From: an uncultured Verrucomicrobiae bacterium
GTDB taxonomy: Bacteria > Verrucomicrobiota > Verrucomicrobiia > Chthoniobacterales > Chthoniobacteraceae
Direction: 5' to 3'
Length of the DNA stretch: 64,000 nucleotides
Assembly: GCA_963836755.1 (NCBI GenBank)
Contig: CAWIKF010000002.1
Location: forward strand, 2,112,001 to 2,176,000
Below the pieces are notes generated by a model that searched no databases, was not told the origin of the DNA, and saw only the letters and a program-made list of their open reading frames with translations. A program made the position numbers and the translations under genes. Positions 50,579-60,773 of this stretch are shown piece by piece (the stretch's first letter is position 1; the number at the start of each line of letters is the position of its first letter).

Positions 50579-51007
50579 ATGAACACGAAACGTCTCCTGC
50601 TCGCAATCGCCACTGTCTTCGCCGGCGCCTGGCTGACGGATTTTTTGATTCATGGCGTTTTGCTGCGCGGCGATTACCTGGCGTCGCAAAACTTGTGGCG
50701 CTCCGATGTGGAAATGCAGGCGCATTGCGGGTGGATTTTTGCCGGCGAAATTCTCGCGGCTGCCATGTTCGTGTTGATTTATGCCAAAGGCTTCGCCGCG
50801 CAAAATTGCCTTCGGTGCGCGTGCATCTACGGAGCGTGCATGGGCGTTTTTAATCAAGCGGCTTCGCTCATCAGCTACGCCGTGGAGCCGCTGCCGGGAC
50901 TGCTCGTGGCGAAATGGTTTTGCTGCGGAGTCGCGCAGGCAGTGCTGATGGGCGCGGTGGTTTTTTTCGTTTACAAACCGAATCCGGCAATCGAGCCCGA
51001 ACGCTGA
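50579..51007 (+). CDS. Hypothetical 4-TM membrane protein
   Basis: Four hydrophobic segments and DFLIHGVLL..DY...LWR. Start at ATG 50579. Confidence 0.75.
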   Translation: MNTKRLLLAIATVFAGAWLTDFLIHGVLLRGDYLASQNLWRSDVEMQAHCGWIFAGEILAAAMFVLIYAKGFAAQNCLRCACIYGACMGVFNQAASLISYAVEPLPGLLVAKWFCCGVAQAVLMGAVVFFVYKPNPAIEPER

Positions 51008-51152
51008 CGCGTCCCGGGAAGCATTTACTCGAGGGCGATCCCTGCTTCATCAAGTAGCGGCGAACGGACGCAAAGAGAATCTGCGAGGCGCTTCGCGCGC
51101 AGCGATTTTTGTGACTTCGCAGCGCGATTTTTCGGCGTATATTTCGCGCATC

Positions 51153-54100
51153 ATGGCCGCCGATTCCTTCGTTCACCTGCATCTGCACACGGAATATTCG
51201 ATGCTGGACGGAGCGAATCGAATTTCCGAAGTGATGCAAAAAGCGAAGGAATTCGGCATGCCCGCGATCGCGATGACCGACCATGGAAACCTTTACGGCG
51301 CGATCGAATTTTACCAAGAGGCGCACGCGGCGGGCATCAAGCCAATCATCGGCTGCGAAGTCTACATGGCGCCGGGTAAACACACCGATAAACAAGCGAA
51401 CAGCGCGCGCGATGCTGCTTTTCACCTCACGCTGCTCGCGGAAAATCAAACCGGCTATCGCAATCTCGTGAAGCTCGTCTCCGCCGCGCATCTCGACGGA
51501 ATGTATTACAAGCCGCGCATCGACAAGGAACTGCTCGCCGCGCACGCGAGCGGGCTCATCGGGCTGAGCGGCTGCTTGAAAGGCGAGATCAACTCCGCGA
51601 TCCAGCAGGACCAGATGCAAAAAGCGAAGGAGCACGTGGCGGCGTATCGGGACATTCTCGGCCGCGAGAGTTTTTTCATGGAACTGCACGATCACGGAAT
51701 CGAGGCGCAACGGAAGTGCAACAGCGTGTTGCCACAGCTTGCGCGGGAATTCGGCATCGGCCTTGTCGCGGCAAATGACGTGCATTTTTTGGATCGCTCA
51801 CGGCACGAGTCACACGACGTGATGATCTGCATCGGCACTGGCGCGAATGTCGCCGACGAGCGACGGATGCGTTACGTGCCGGAACTTTATTTCAAGTCGT
51901 CCGCTGAGATGCGCGAGCTGTTTCGAGATCACGCGGTCGCTTGCGACAACACGCTATTGATAGCGGAACGGTGCAATCTCACGCTCGAGTTCGGCGTGCC
52001 GAAATATCCAAACTACACGCCGCCCGAGGGCACGACGCAAAACGGATTTCTGCGAAAGCTTTGCGCGGATGGCGCGCGAGCGAAATTTGGCGCGAAGGCT
52101 GATGATCAGCTGATTCAGGAGCGATTGGAAACGGAGCTTGGCGTGCTGGAAAAGCAGGGCTTCGTGAATTATTTCCTCATCGTCTGGGACTTCATTCATT
52201 GGGCGAAACAGCAGGGAATTCCTGTCGGGCCGGGTCGCGGCTCGGCCGCCGGATCGATGGTCGCATACGTCATCGGCATCACGGATGTCGATCCGTTGAA
52301 GTATAAACTTTTGTTTGAACGTTTTTTAAATCCAGAGCGTGTCAGCCCGCCGGATATCGACGTCGATTTTTGCCAGAATCGGCGCGGCGAAGTGATTGAA
52401 TATGTCCGGAAAAAGTATGGCGAGCGTGCAGTCGCACAGATCGTCACCTTTGGCTCGCTCGGTGCAAAATCGGTCGTGCGCGATGTCGGGCGCGTGATGG
52501 GTTTGAGCTACGGCGACGCGGATCGGATCGCGAAAATGATTCCAAACGACCTGAACATCACGCTCAACGGCCGCGACGAAAAGGACAAGGAAACCGGCGC
52601 AACGAAGCACGTCGCCGGGGCGATTGACAAGAATCCCGATTTGAAAAAAGCCGTCGAGACCGAGCCGCAAACTGCCGAGCTGTGGAAGCACGCGACCGTG
52701 CTCGAAGGCCTCTCGCGCAACACCGGCGTCCACGCCGCGGGCATCGTCATCAGCGACCGCGACTTGTCGGAATACATCCCTCTCTCGCGCGGAAGCGACG
52801 GCGGAATCGTGAGCCAATATGCTATGGGACCGCTCGGCGATCTCGGGATGTTGAAAATGGATTTCCTCGGCCTCAAAACCTTGACGGTCATCCGCGACGC
52901 CGAGGGATTGATCCGCGCGCGGCAACCGGATTTTGACATCGACAAAATCCCCCTCGACGATCCGCGTGTTTATGAACTGTTAAACAAAGCGGAGGTTATC
53001 GGCTTGTTCCAGCTTGACGGTGGGATGGCCGCCTGGTGCCGACAATTCGACTTCAAAACCATCGACGACATCATCGCGCTCAACGCGCTTTATCGGCCGG
53101 GCCCGATGGAGTTGATCGCAGATTATGTGAAGCGGAAAAAGGGTCAGACGAAGATCAAATATGCGCACCCACTTTTGGCCGAGATCTGCGCGGACACTTA
53201 CGGCCTCATGATTTACCAGGAGCAGGTCATGGCCGCGGCGCGCGTGCTCGCCGGCTACACGCTTGGCGGAGCGGATTTGCTGCGACGCGCGATGGGCAAA
53301 AAGGACAAGGAAAAAATGGCAAAGGAGCGCGCGAAATTCATCGCCGGCTGTGCGGAGCTGAACAAAATCGAAGCGAAAAAAGCGAACGAGATTTTTGATT
53401 TGCTCGAAAAGTTTGCCGGCTACGGATTCAACAAAAGCCACAGCGTTGCCTACGGCTGGATCAGCTATCAGACGGCGTTCATGAAAGCGAATTTTCCCGT
53501 GGAATTCATGGCGGCGGTGCTATCGAATGAAATTTCCAACACGGACAAAATCGCGATTTTCGTCGGAGAGTGCAAACGGATGGGGATTGAAATTTTGCCG
53601 CCGGACGTGAACCGGAGCTCGCTGAAATTCACGCCGGAAGCGGACGGAAAAGCGGCCATTCGCTATGGGCTCGCGGCAATTAAAAACGTGGGAGAAGCCG
53701 CGATGGAAAATGCGATTGAGGAGCGAACTGCAAATGATGAGTTCAGGTCGCTCGACGATTTTTGCTCGCGGCTCGACTCGCGGAAGATCAACAAAAAAGT
53801 TCTCGAATCGCTGGTGAAATGCGGCGCATTTGACTGGACTGGCGAAGATCGCGCGCAGCTTTTTGTCGAGATCGACGCTGCGCTCGCTGCGTCCACATCA
53901 GCGCATCGCGACCGCGCCTCGGGGCAATTTTCGATGTTCGGCGATTTCGCGCAAACGCCCACTGCGCCAAGGCGTCCGGCCATTCCCGCGCCGCGCTGGC
54001 CTGAGGCCGAAAAGCTGGCCTTTGAAAAAGAATTGCTCGGCTTTTACGTCACCGGTCACCCGCTCGATGAATACCGCGATGTGCTCGAAGGGGGAAAATT

Positions 54101-54629
54101 TTGCGCAATGAATGCGCTCGCGGGGCTGGATGACAAGGCGACTGTGCGGGTTGCCGGTGCGCTGACGAGCGTGGACAAAAAGTTCACTAAAAAGGACGGG
54201 AAGCCATTTGCGATCGCCGCGATCGAGGATTTCACGGGGGCTGCGGAAGTGATGATCTGGAACGACGCCTTCGCGAAATGCGCCACGCATCTCGAGCCGG
54301 GGCGCGTGGTCGCGATCACTGCGCGACTCGACAAGCGTGAAGACGCTCCGCGGTTGGTCGCTGCGGAAATCACGCCGCTCAAACCGGCCGCGCCGACGGC
54401 CGATGACGGACCACTGATCGTAACTTTAACGCGCGACGGGACGACGGAAGGTGATTTGCTGAATTTGAAAAGCACGATCGAGCAGTTCCCGGGCTCGCGT
54501 CGGCTGGAGCTGCGCTTCGTCAACGGCAGCGGCCTGAAGCTGCGGATGCAGTTGGGCTCGCAGTTCGGGGTGGATCCGTCGCCGGAGCTGCGGAGCCGGC
54601 TTTCCCCCTGGCTGAAACAAGGCCGCTAG
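51153..54629 (+). CDS. dnaE: DNA polymerase III alpha subunit
   Basis: FVHLHLHTEYSMLDG, GPGRGSAAGS, PPDIDVDF, KMDFLGL, YGFNKSH, EKELLGFY. Confidence 0.98.
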   Translation: MAADSFVHLHLHTEYSMLDGANRISEVMQKAKEFGMPAIAMTDHGNLYGAIEFYQEAHAAGIKPIIGCEVYMAPGKHTDKQANSARDAAFHLTLLAENQTGYRNLVKLVSAAHLDGMYYKPRIDKELLAAHASGLIGLSGCLKGEINSAIQQDQMQKAKEHVAAYRDILGRESFFMELHDHGIEAQRKCNSVLPQLAREFGIGLVAANDVHFLDRSRHESHDVMICIGTGANVADERRMRYVPELYFKSSAEMRELFRDHAVACDNTLLIAERCNLTLEFGVPKYPNYTPPEGTTQNGFLRKLCADGARAKFGAKADDQLIQERLETELGVLEKQGFVNYFLIVWDFIHWAKQQGIPVGPGRGSAAGSMVAYVIGITDVDPLKYKLLFERFLNPERVSPPDIDVDFCQNRRGEVIEYVRKKYGERAVAQIVTFGSLGAKSVVRDVGRVMGLSYGDADRIAKMIPNDLNITLNGRDEKDKETGATKHVAGAIDKNPDLKKAVETEPQTAELWKHATVLEGLSRNTGVHAAGIVISDRDLSEYIPLSRGSDGGIVSQYAMGPLGDLGMLKMDFLGLKTLTVIRDAEGLIRARQPDFDIDKIPLDDPRVYELLNKAEVIGLFQLDGGMAAWCRQFDFKTIDDIIALNALYRPGPMELIADYVKRKKGQTKIKYAHPLLAEICADTYGLMIYQEQVMAAARVLAGYTLGGADLLRRAMGKKDKEKMAKERAKFIAGCAELNKIEAKKANEIFDLLEKFAGYGFNKSHSVAYGWISYQTAFMKANFPVEFMAAVLSNEISNTDKIAIFVGECKRMGIEILPPDVNRSSLKFTPEADGKAAIRYGLAAIKNVGEAAMENAIEERTANDEFRSLDDFCSRLDSRKINKKVLESLVKCGAFDWTGEDRAQLFVEIDAALAASTSAHRDRASGQFSMFGDFAQTPTAPRRPAIPAPRWPEAEKLAFEKELLGFYVTGHPLDEYRDVLEGGKFCAMNALAGLDDKATVRVAGALTSVDKKFTKKDGKPFAIAAIEDFTGAAEVMIWNDAFAKCATHLEPGRVVAITARLDKREDAPRLVAAEITPLKPAAPTADDGPLIVTLTRDGTTEGDLLNLKSTIEQFPGSRRLELRFVNGSGLKLRMQLGSQFGVDPSPELRSRLSPWLKQGR

Positions 54630-54645
54630 CTCTCGGATTTCGCAC

Positions 54646-54681
54646 AAAAAAAAGCGCCGGAGTCGGTGAAGACTCCGGCGC
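54646..54681 (-). terminator. Intrinsic terminator between convergent dnaE and OMP genes
   Basis: GCGCCGGAGTC-ggtgaa-GACTCCGGCGC with an A8 run on the left, giving a U-tract on the minus strand. Confidence 0.9.
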
Positions 54682-54703
54682 CATGACTGATTGTTCGCTT
54701 TGT

Positions 54704-55303
54704 TTAGAACACCCAGCGGATGCCCGCGCGGGTCATGAAGTTATTCTGGGTGTCATGGTCATGACGGTCGCCAAAATAATTCCAGCGTTCATCGGCAAAG
54801 ATGCCGAGCTTGTTCGGGATGATGCGGTATTCGAGGCCGGCACCAACGTGCGCCAACGCCCAATTTTCGCCGTCCATCGAAGCGCCGCCGCCGACGTAGA
54901 GGTAAGGCGCGAGGCACAGTTTGTCGATCGGGTAGCGGAAGATCACGCTGCCGGTCGCGTTGTGGAAAGCTTTGCTTTCCGACCCGTGGCCCGCAGACGC
55001 GTTTGGTTTCGCTTCGAGCCAGTAGCCCTCCGCACCGAGACCGAAGTAACGGTGGAAGAAATAGTTGACTCCGATGCCGCCGCCCCAGCCGTGATCACGG
55101 ATGGAACCTGCGTGGTTTGGGCCTTCGCCAACGACATAAGCGCCGAAGACGTCCGCCTGGATTTCTGTGTCCGAGAAGCATGAGGGCTGCTCGACGTTTT
55201 TATATTCTTTGTAGCTCTTCCCTGCTGAATACGTTGCCGTTCCAGCGAAGCCTGTCGCTGCGAGGGCAGCACAAGCAAGGAATCCGAATATTGCTTTTTT
55301 CAT
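54704..55303 (-). CDS. Outer-membrane beta-barrel protein
   Basis: Signal peptide, amphipathic strands (GGGIGVNYFF, PYLYVGGG, GAGLEYR) and C-terminal Phe. Confidence 0.85.
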   Translation of the reverse strand: MKKAIFGFLACAALAATGFAGTATYSAGKSYKEYKNVEQPSCFSDTEIQADVFGAYVVGEGPNHAGSIRDHGWGGGIGVNYFFHRYFGLGAEGYWLEAKPNASAGHGSESKAFHNATGSVIFRYPIDKLCLAPYLYVGGGASMDGENWALAHVGAGLEYRIIPNKLGIFADERWNYFGDRHDHDTQNNFMTRAGIRWVF

Positions 55304-55454
55304 TTAGTTTACTCCTTTGGTTTGTTTGTTTTTTGCGGCCCTTTTGAAAGCCGCGCAACGATTGGTAGGAGGGATGATTAAGCATGTAAAGGAAAATTTC
55401 TGCACTTTTCGCAGCTCAGGAAATGGCTGATACGGCACTTTTCGCGAATAAATA

Positions 55455-55483
55455 TTGACGCGTCGACACCGCTCTCCTACTAT
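55455..55483 (+). promoter_or_regulatory. Sigma70-type promoter
   Basis: TTGACG-17 nt-TACTAT, ending 8 nt before the SAM riboswitch. Confidence 0.7.
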
Positions 55484-55491
55484 CCCGGCAC

Positions 55492-55625
55492 TTCTTATCG
55501 AGAGTGACTGAGGGACTGGCCCAATGAAGTCACGGCAACCGCTCGCGAGCAATCGCGAGGACCAGGTGCCAAATCCAGCTCGGTGATCGTTTTGAAAAAA
55601 ACGGACGCCGGGAAAAGATGAGAGG
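55492..55625 (+). ncRNA. SAM-I (S-box) riboswitch
   Basis: CTTATCGAGAG...GAGGGACTGGCCC.ATGA...GGCAACC...GGTGCCAAATCC...AAGATGAG consensus. Confidence 0.95.
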
Positions 55626-55684
55626 AGTTTGCGTCGTTTCGCACCCTTCTTTTGTCCGCGGCACTCTCGGCCGGGAGCTGACTT

Positions 55685-56950
55685 ATGGACAAAATTTCGA
55701 ACCCTTGCTTCACGCACCTGAAGTGCCGCGAATGCGCCCGCGCCTATCCGAAGGAAGCCGTGCACGTCTGCGACTTCGACTTCGGCCCGCTCGAAGCCGC
55801 TTATGATTACGACGCGATCCGGCCCCTCCTCACACGCGCCGCCATCGAATCCCGTCCGCAATCCATGTGGCGCTACCGCGAGCTCCTGCCCATCGATGGC
55901 GAGCCGACCGTCGGCGTCAAAGTTGGCTTCACACCATTAATAAAAGCCGATCGCCTCGCAAAGGCCCTCGGCGTCCGCGAGCTCTACGTTAAAAACGACA
56001 CCGTCAACTACCCCACCCTCTCCTTCAAGGACCGCGTCGTCAGCGTCGCCCTCAGCCGCGCCCGCGAGATGGGCTTCAAAGTCGTCGCCTGCGCCTCCAC
56101 CGGCAACCTCGCAAACTCCGTCGCCGCCAACGCCGCCAGCGCCGGCCTCACCAGCTACGTCCTCATCCCCGCCGACCTCGAGCAGGGCAAAGTCCTCGGC
56201 TCCCTCGTCTACGGCACAAACGTCATCGGCATCCACGGCCCCTACGACCAGGTCAACCGCCTTTGCTCCGAGATCGCCGGCAAATACGGATGGGGCTTCG
56301 TCAACGTCAACCTCCGCCCCTACTACGCCGAAGGCTCGAAATCCATGGGCTTCGAGATCGCCGAGCAACTTGGCTGGCGTCTCCCGCAGCACACCGTCGT
56401 CCCCATGGCCAGCGGTTCGCTTTTGACAAAAATCTGCAAAGCCTACAGCGAATTCGTCACCCTCGGCCTCGTCGAAAAAACCGCCACCGCCATGCATGGC
56501 GCGCAGGCCACCGGCTGCTCGCCCATCGCCACCGCATTTAAAAAAGAGACCGATATCGTCAAGCCCGTCCCGAAGCCCGACACCATCGTCAAATCCCTCG
56601 CCATCGGCACGCCCGCCGACGGCTACTACGCCATCCACGCCATGCGCGAGACCGGCGGCAGCGCCGAGGATTGCACCGACGAGGAAGTCGTCGCCGGCAT
56701 CCGCCTCCTCGCCGAGACCGAAGGCATCTTCGCCGAAACCGCTGGCGGCGTCACCACCGCCTGCGCCCGCAAACTTATCGACACCGGAAAAATCCCGCGC
56801 GACGAAAGCATCGTCCTCTGCATCACCGGCCACGGCCTCAAAACCCAGGAAGCCATCATCGGCAAATGCGGCGAACCGCGCCTCATCAAACCGAGCCTCC
56901 GCGAATTCGACGCCCTCATCGGCGGCGAACTCGAAGCCGTCCAATCATAA
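55685..56950 (+). CDS. Threonine-synthase-like PLP enzyme (possible O-phosphohomoserine sulfhydrylase)
   Basis: N-terminal CREC, WRYRELLP, PTLSFKDR (PLP lysine), ASTGNL, ITGHGLK. Confidence 0.88.
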   Translation: MDKISNPCFTHLKCRECARAYPKEAVHVCDFDFGPLEAAYDYDAIRPLLTRAAIESRPQSMWRYRELLPIDGEPTVGVKVGFTPLIKADRLAKALGVRELYVKNDTVNYPTLSFKDRVVSVALSRAREMGFKVVACASTGNLANSVAANAASAGLTSYVLIPADLEQGKVLGSLVYGTNVIGIHGPYDQVNRLCSEIAGKYGWGFVNVNLRPYYAEGSKSMGFEIAEQLGWRLPQHTVVPMASGSLLTKICKAYSEFVTLGLVEKTATAMHGAQATGCSPIATAFKKETDIVKPVPKPDTIVKSLAIGTPADGYYAIHAMRETGGSAEDCTDEEVVAGIRLLAETEGIFAETAGGVTTACARKLIDTGKIPRDESIVLCITGHGLKTQEAIIGKCGEPRLIKPSLREFDALIGGELEAVQS

Positions 56951-56963
56951 ACCAAAAACAAAC

Positions 56964-57236
56964 ATGCCAAACATCCGCATCCCAACTCCGCTCCGCAAAC
57001 TCACCGGCGAAAAGGAAGTCGTTCCAGCCACCGGCACTAACATTGAGGAAATCCTCGCGAATCTCGACGAATCGTATCCCGGTTTGAAGGAACGCATCTG
57101 CGACGAAGCGGGCAACATCCGCCGCTTCGTCAACATTTTCCTCAACGACGAAGACATCCGCTTCCTCGACGAAAAAGCGACCGCGGTCAAAGAGACCGAC
57201 GAGATCAGCATCGTCCCCGCCATCGCCGGCGGCTAG
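56964..57236 (+). CDS. MoaD/ThiS/CysO-like sulfur carrier protein
   Basis: MPNIRIPTPLR...RRFVNIFLNDEDIRFL...SIVPAIAGG; 13 nt after the thrC-like gene. Confidence 0.92.
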   Translation: MPNIRIPTPLRKLTGEKEVVPATGTNIEEILANLDESYPGLKERICDEAGNIRRFVNIFLNDEDIRFLDEKATAVKETDEISIVPAIAGG

Positions 57237-57381
57237 GCTGCGCGCTCAAAGCGCAAAGGCGTCAAAACTTTTCTCGCGTCTCAAATCCGGGGTGCGGGGG
57301 CGCGCTTGACCGACGCCTCGCAGCTCCGATTTTCGCGGAAATTTCTCGGCGATTCATCCGGTCCTGACGCAAGCGGCGAAA

Positions 57382-57717
57382 CTGGCGTTTTTCGCACATA
57401 ACTTCCTCGTCGGCGCGATCATCGTGCTCCTCGTCTTTTTGTTCGCCTGGAAGTCGTCCCGCTGTTGAGTGTGAACCAGGTCATCGGCATCGTGGGAATG
57501 CCTCTTCTCGGCGCCGATGTTTTATGCGGGCAATCAACTCCGCGTCGCGGCGGGGCCAGTGGTCGCGTTTCTCGATACGCTGGCGGCGTTGGCGATATTG
57601 TTCATCTTCCGCGCGGGCCGGCGCAGAATCCGGGTGCGACGGGACCGCGAAAATTCTGACGGCAAATTTCGGGAGCGGGGAAATTTTCCGCGCTGTCTGG
57701 TTTCCCGGGAGCGCTGA
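57382..57717 (+). pseudogene. Possible decayed membrane-protein gene
   Basis: Two hydrophobic stretches (LAFFAHNFLVGAIIVLLVFLFAW; VVAFLDTLAALAILFIF) in one frame, separated by stop codons. Confidence 0.3.
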
Positions 57718-57800
57718 TGAAGTGGGGCGCGCGGGACTTTTCGCGCGGGAGCAATGTCCGCTATTCTTTTTTTTCCAGATTCGGATAAAGGTGTGCGCTC

Positions 57801-59618
57801 ATGGATTTGCTCGATGAAATGCAGACGCGGATCGTGCCGGGCGACGGCGCGATGGGGACGGTGCTGATTGAGGAAAATGTGCCGCTGGAGCGCTGTTTCG
57901 AGGAGCTGTGCGTGAGCCGGCCGGAGCTGATCTGCGGGATTCACGAGCGCTACATCGCGGCGGGCGCGCGGGTGATCGAGACAAACACTTTCGGCGCAAA
58001 TGCGGTGCGGCTGGAGAAGTATGGATTCGAAAAGCGCGTCAATGAAATCAACTGGTCGGCCGCGCAGCTCGCGAAGCAGACGGCGCGCGGGAAAGATGTT
58101 TATATTGCCGGCAGCGTCGGGCCGCTCGGCATCACGGCGGATCAGGCGCGCGAACGCGGGATCGACCGCGAGGCGGTGTTCCGCGAGCAGATTGGTGCGC
58201 TGCTCGATGGCGGGGTGCAGCTGATTTTTCTCGAGACCTTCAGCGACCTGGAGGAAATCGCGCTCGCGCTGCATGTAAAACAATCGCTGCATCATTGTCC
58301 GGCGATTTGCTCGATGGCGTGCAACGAGGAAGGGCGGTTGCCGTCGGGAGTTTTGCTCGCGGAGGCGTTCGAGAAATTGAAGGCGCTGGATGCGGACGTG
58401 GTCGGCGCGAATTGCCTGAACGGGCCGCAGGCGATGCTGCGTCTTTTCGAAAAAATTCCGCTCGATGGCTCACTGCTCTCCGCTTTCCCCAATGCCGGAT
58501 ATCCGAAATATCACGACGGGCGGTATCTCTATTACACGACGCCGGAATATTTCGCGCAATCGGCGCGCGGGCTCGCGGATCAAGGGGCAAGGCTGATCGG
58601 CGGCTGTTGCGGGATCGGTCCGGAGCACATCGCGATGATGGTGGAGGCGTTGCGCGATCTGCGTCCGATCACCGCGAAAATCGTGCGCGTTACCGAGCCG
58701 GCGCCAAAGCCGGTGGCGACGCCGAGGAAAGCGGAAACGAGCATTCTCGACCTGCTCGCGCAGAAAAAAACGGTGATTGTGACCGAGCTCGATCCACCGA
58801 AAACGCTCGACCTTGAAAAATATTTCGCAGGCGCAAAGGCGCTGACGGAGGCGGGGTCGGATGCGATCACGCTCGCCGATAATTCGCTCGCGATTTTGCG
58901 CGTGAGCAACCTCGCCATCGGCGCAATGTTGAAGCAGCAAAGCATTACTCCCCTGCTCCACCTGAGCTGCCGCGATCGAAATTTGCTCGGCCTGCAAAGT
59001 GAGCTGATGGGGACGGCGGCGCTCGGCATTCGCCACGTCCTGCCGCTGACTGGCGACCCGGCAAAAGTCGGCGATCATCCCGGCGCGGCGTCGGTGTATG
59101 ACGTGAGCTCGATCGAGTTGATCAAGATCACGGCGCGCCTGAACGAGGGGTTCAACTACATCGGCAACTCGATCAAGATTCCGACTCAGTTCGTCATCGG
59201 CTGCACTTTTAACCCGAATGCGAAAAACATGGACGCGCAAGTTTCGCGGCTCGAGCGGAAGATTGCGGCGGGCGCGCAATACGTGATGACGCAACCGGTG
59301 TTTGACGCCGCGCTCGCCATTGAAATGCACAGGCGCACGCAGCATCTTGATGTGCCGATTTTCACCGGAGTCTGGCCGCTGTTAAACGGACGGCAAGCAG
59401 AGTTTTTACACAATGAAGTGCCCGGGATTGTAATTCCCGAACCCATTCGCGCGCGGATGTCCGGCCGCGAAGGGGCGGACGGGCGCAAGGAAGGCGTGGA
59501 GATTGCGAAGGAAGTTTGCCGCGCGGTGCTCGATTGTTTTCCCGGTGTCTATTTGATCACGCCGTTTTTAAATTTTGAAACGACCGCGGAACTCGCCCAC
59601 TTTGTCCGCAGTAGATAA
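57801..59618 (+). CDS. yitJ: Bifunctional homocysteine S-methyltransferase / methylenetetrahydrofolate reductase (YitJ-type)
   Basis: DGAMGT, ETNTFGAN, GANC, PNAG and GGCCG, followed by an MTHFR domain (ELDPP, HLSCRDRN, TGDP, MTQPVFD). Confidence 0.92.
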   Translation: MDLLDEMQTRIVPGDGAMGTVLIEENVPLERCFEELCVSRPELICGIHERYIAAGARVIETNTFGANAVRLEKYGFEKRVNEINWSAAQLAKQTARGKDVYIAGSVGPLGITADQARERGIDREAVFREQIGALLDGGVQLIFLETFSDLEEIALALHVKQSLHHCPAICSMACNEEGRLPSGVLLAEAFEKLKALDADVVGANCLNGPQAMLRLFEKIPLDGSLLSAFPNAGYPKYHDGRYLYYTTPEYFAQSARGLADQGARLIGGCCGIGPEHIAMMVEALRDLRPITAKIVRVTEPAPKPVATPRKAETSILDLLAQKKTVIVTELDPPKTLDLEKYFAGAKALTEAGSDAITLADNSLAILRVSNLAIGAMLKQQSITPLLHLSCRDRNLLGLQSELMGTAALGIRHVLPLTGDPAKVGDHPGAASVYDVSSIELIKITARLNEGFNYIGNSIKIPTQFVIGCTFNPNAKNMDAQVSRLERKIAAGAQYVMTQPVFDAALAIEMHRRTQHLDVPIFTGVWPLLNGRQAEFLHNEVPGIVIPEPIRARMSGREGADGRKEGVEIAKEVCRAVLDCFPGVYLITPFLNFETTAELAHFVRSR

Positions 59619-60380
59619 ATGTCAAAAGTTTCCCGCGCCCTCGCCATCCAGATTTGCGGCCTGATTTTCACCGCGCTCGTCCTCGCATTCCTCGCGCATC
59701 ACTACGATCTCGTGCATGTGATCGAGCGGATGCAGCGGAGGATCGGGCAGATGGAATGGTGGGGCGCCGTGCTTTATCCGCTGCTGCTGGCCGTCTGCAA
59801 TTTGTTGCTGTTGCCGGGCGGTGTGCTCGCGATCGGCAGCGGACTTTTCTTCGGGCTATGGTGGGGATTTTTCCTCGTGCTGGTCGGGAACGTGGCAGGC
59901 GCCGCGGCTGCGTTTTGGATCAGCCGCGCATTGGGCCGTCAATGGGTGGAGCGAAAAATTTTCCGCCATCGCAAGTGGATGCTGCTAGACGCGGCGATTG
60001 CGCGCGAGGGGTGGAAGATCATTTTCCTGAGCCAGGTGCATCCGCTTTTCCCGACGAGCTTCATCAATTATTTCTACGGCGTGACGCGCATTCGCTTTTC
60101 GACGTGCATGCTTTGGGTCGCGCTCGGGCAGTTGCCGGGGCTGTTTCTCTACGCGTATCTCGGGACGCTCGCGCAGCTTGGGATCAAACTTTTCCGACAC
60201 CAGACGCATCCGCACATGCACGAATATGTGATCTGGATCTCAGGCTTGCTGCTGACGCTCGTGGTCACGACGGCGCTGGGCCGAATCGCGCTGCGGCTTT
60301 TGGCGGAAATCGAAGCGAAGGTTGAGACTGCGCCGCGGCGAAAGCCGGAGACGCGGCAGCTGGAGAGGGCGAGCTTTTAG
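59619..60380 (+). CDS. TVP38/TMEM64 (DedA-superfamily) membrane protein
   Basis: LLLPG...GSGLFFGLWWG, P.FP...NY..G.T.I, G.LPG. Confidence 0.88.
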   Translation: MSKVSRALAIQICGLIFTALVLAFLAHHYDLVHVIERMQRRIGQMEWWGAVLYPLLLAVCNLLLLPGGVLAIGSGLFFGLWWGFFLVLVGNVAGAAAAFWISRALGRQWVERKIFRHRKWMLLDAAIAREGWKIIFLSQVHPLFPTSFINYFYGVTRIRFSTCMLWVALGQLPGLFLYAYLGTLAQLGIKLFRHQTHPHMHEYVIWISGLLLTLVVTTALGRIALRLLAEIEAKVETAPRRKPETRQLERASF

Positions 60381-60391
60381 CCCGCGCGGAA

Positions 60392-60655
60392 TCAGGCGAT
60401 CGCGCTGAGCTGCTTGTTGAGCTTGCTCTTGTGGCGGTTGGCCTTGTTGCGATGGATGCGGCCAGTCTTGACGGCGCGGTCGAGCGCGGAGCTCAGTTTT
60501 TGGATTGCGGCTTTCGCCTCGTCCTTTTTCTTTGCGGCAAATTCGGCGCGGGTGGATTTCAAGGTCGACTTGATCGCGGTGAGAGCGCGCTTGTTTTGCA
60601 GTGTGCGGCCGACAGTTTGACGGGCACGTTTGGCGGCGGATTTGGTGTTGGCCAT
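60392..60655 (-). CDS. rpsT: 30S ribosomal protein S20
   Basis: MANTKSAAKRARQ...LDRAVKTGRIHRNKANRHKSKL. Confidence 0.96.
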   Translation of the reverse strand: MANTKSAAKRARQTVGRTLQNKRALTAIKSTLKSTRAEFAAKKKDEAKAAIQKLSSALDRAVKTGRIHRNKANRHKSKLNKQLSAIA

Positions 60656-60773
60656 AAATGGTTTTGAGGGCGTGAAAAATAACCGCCGCGCCCCGGATGT
60701 CAATGCCGCAAAACTGCCGCTCATTTCGCTTGGCAATCGCGCGGGCGGTTCATACTTTCCCTGCCTCCCACGC

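Noticed and set aside
52560..52630. Short insertion in DnaE (GRDEKDKETGATKHV) considered as an intein
   Set aside because: Only about 15 aa and lacks intein splice motifs; more likely a surface loop.
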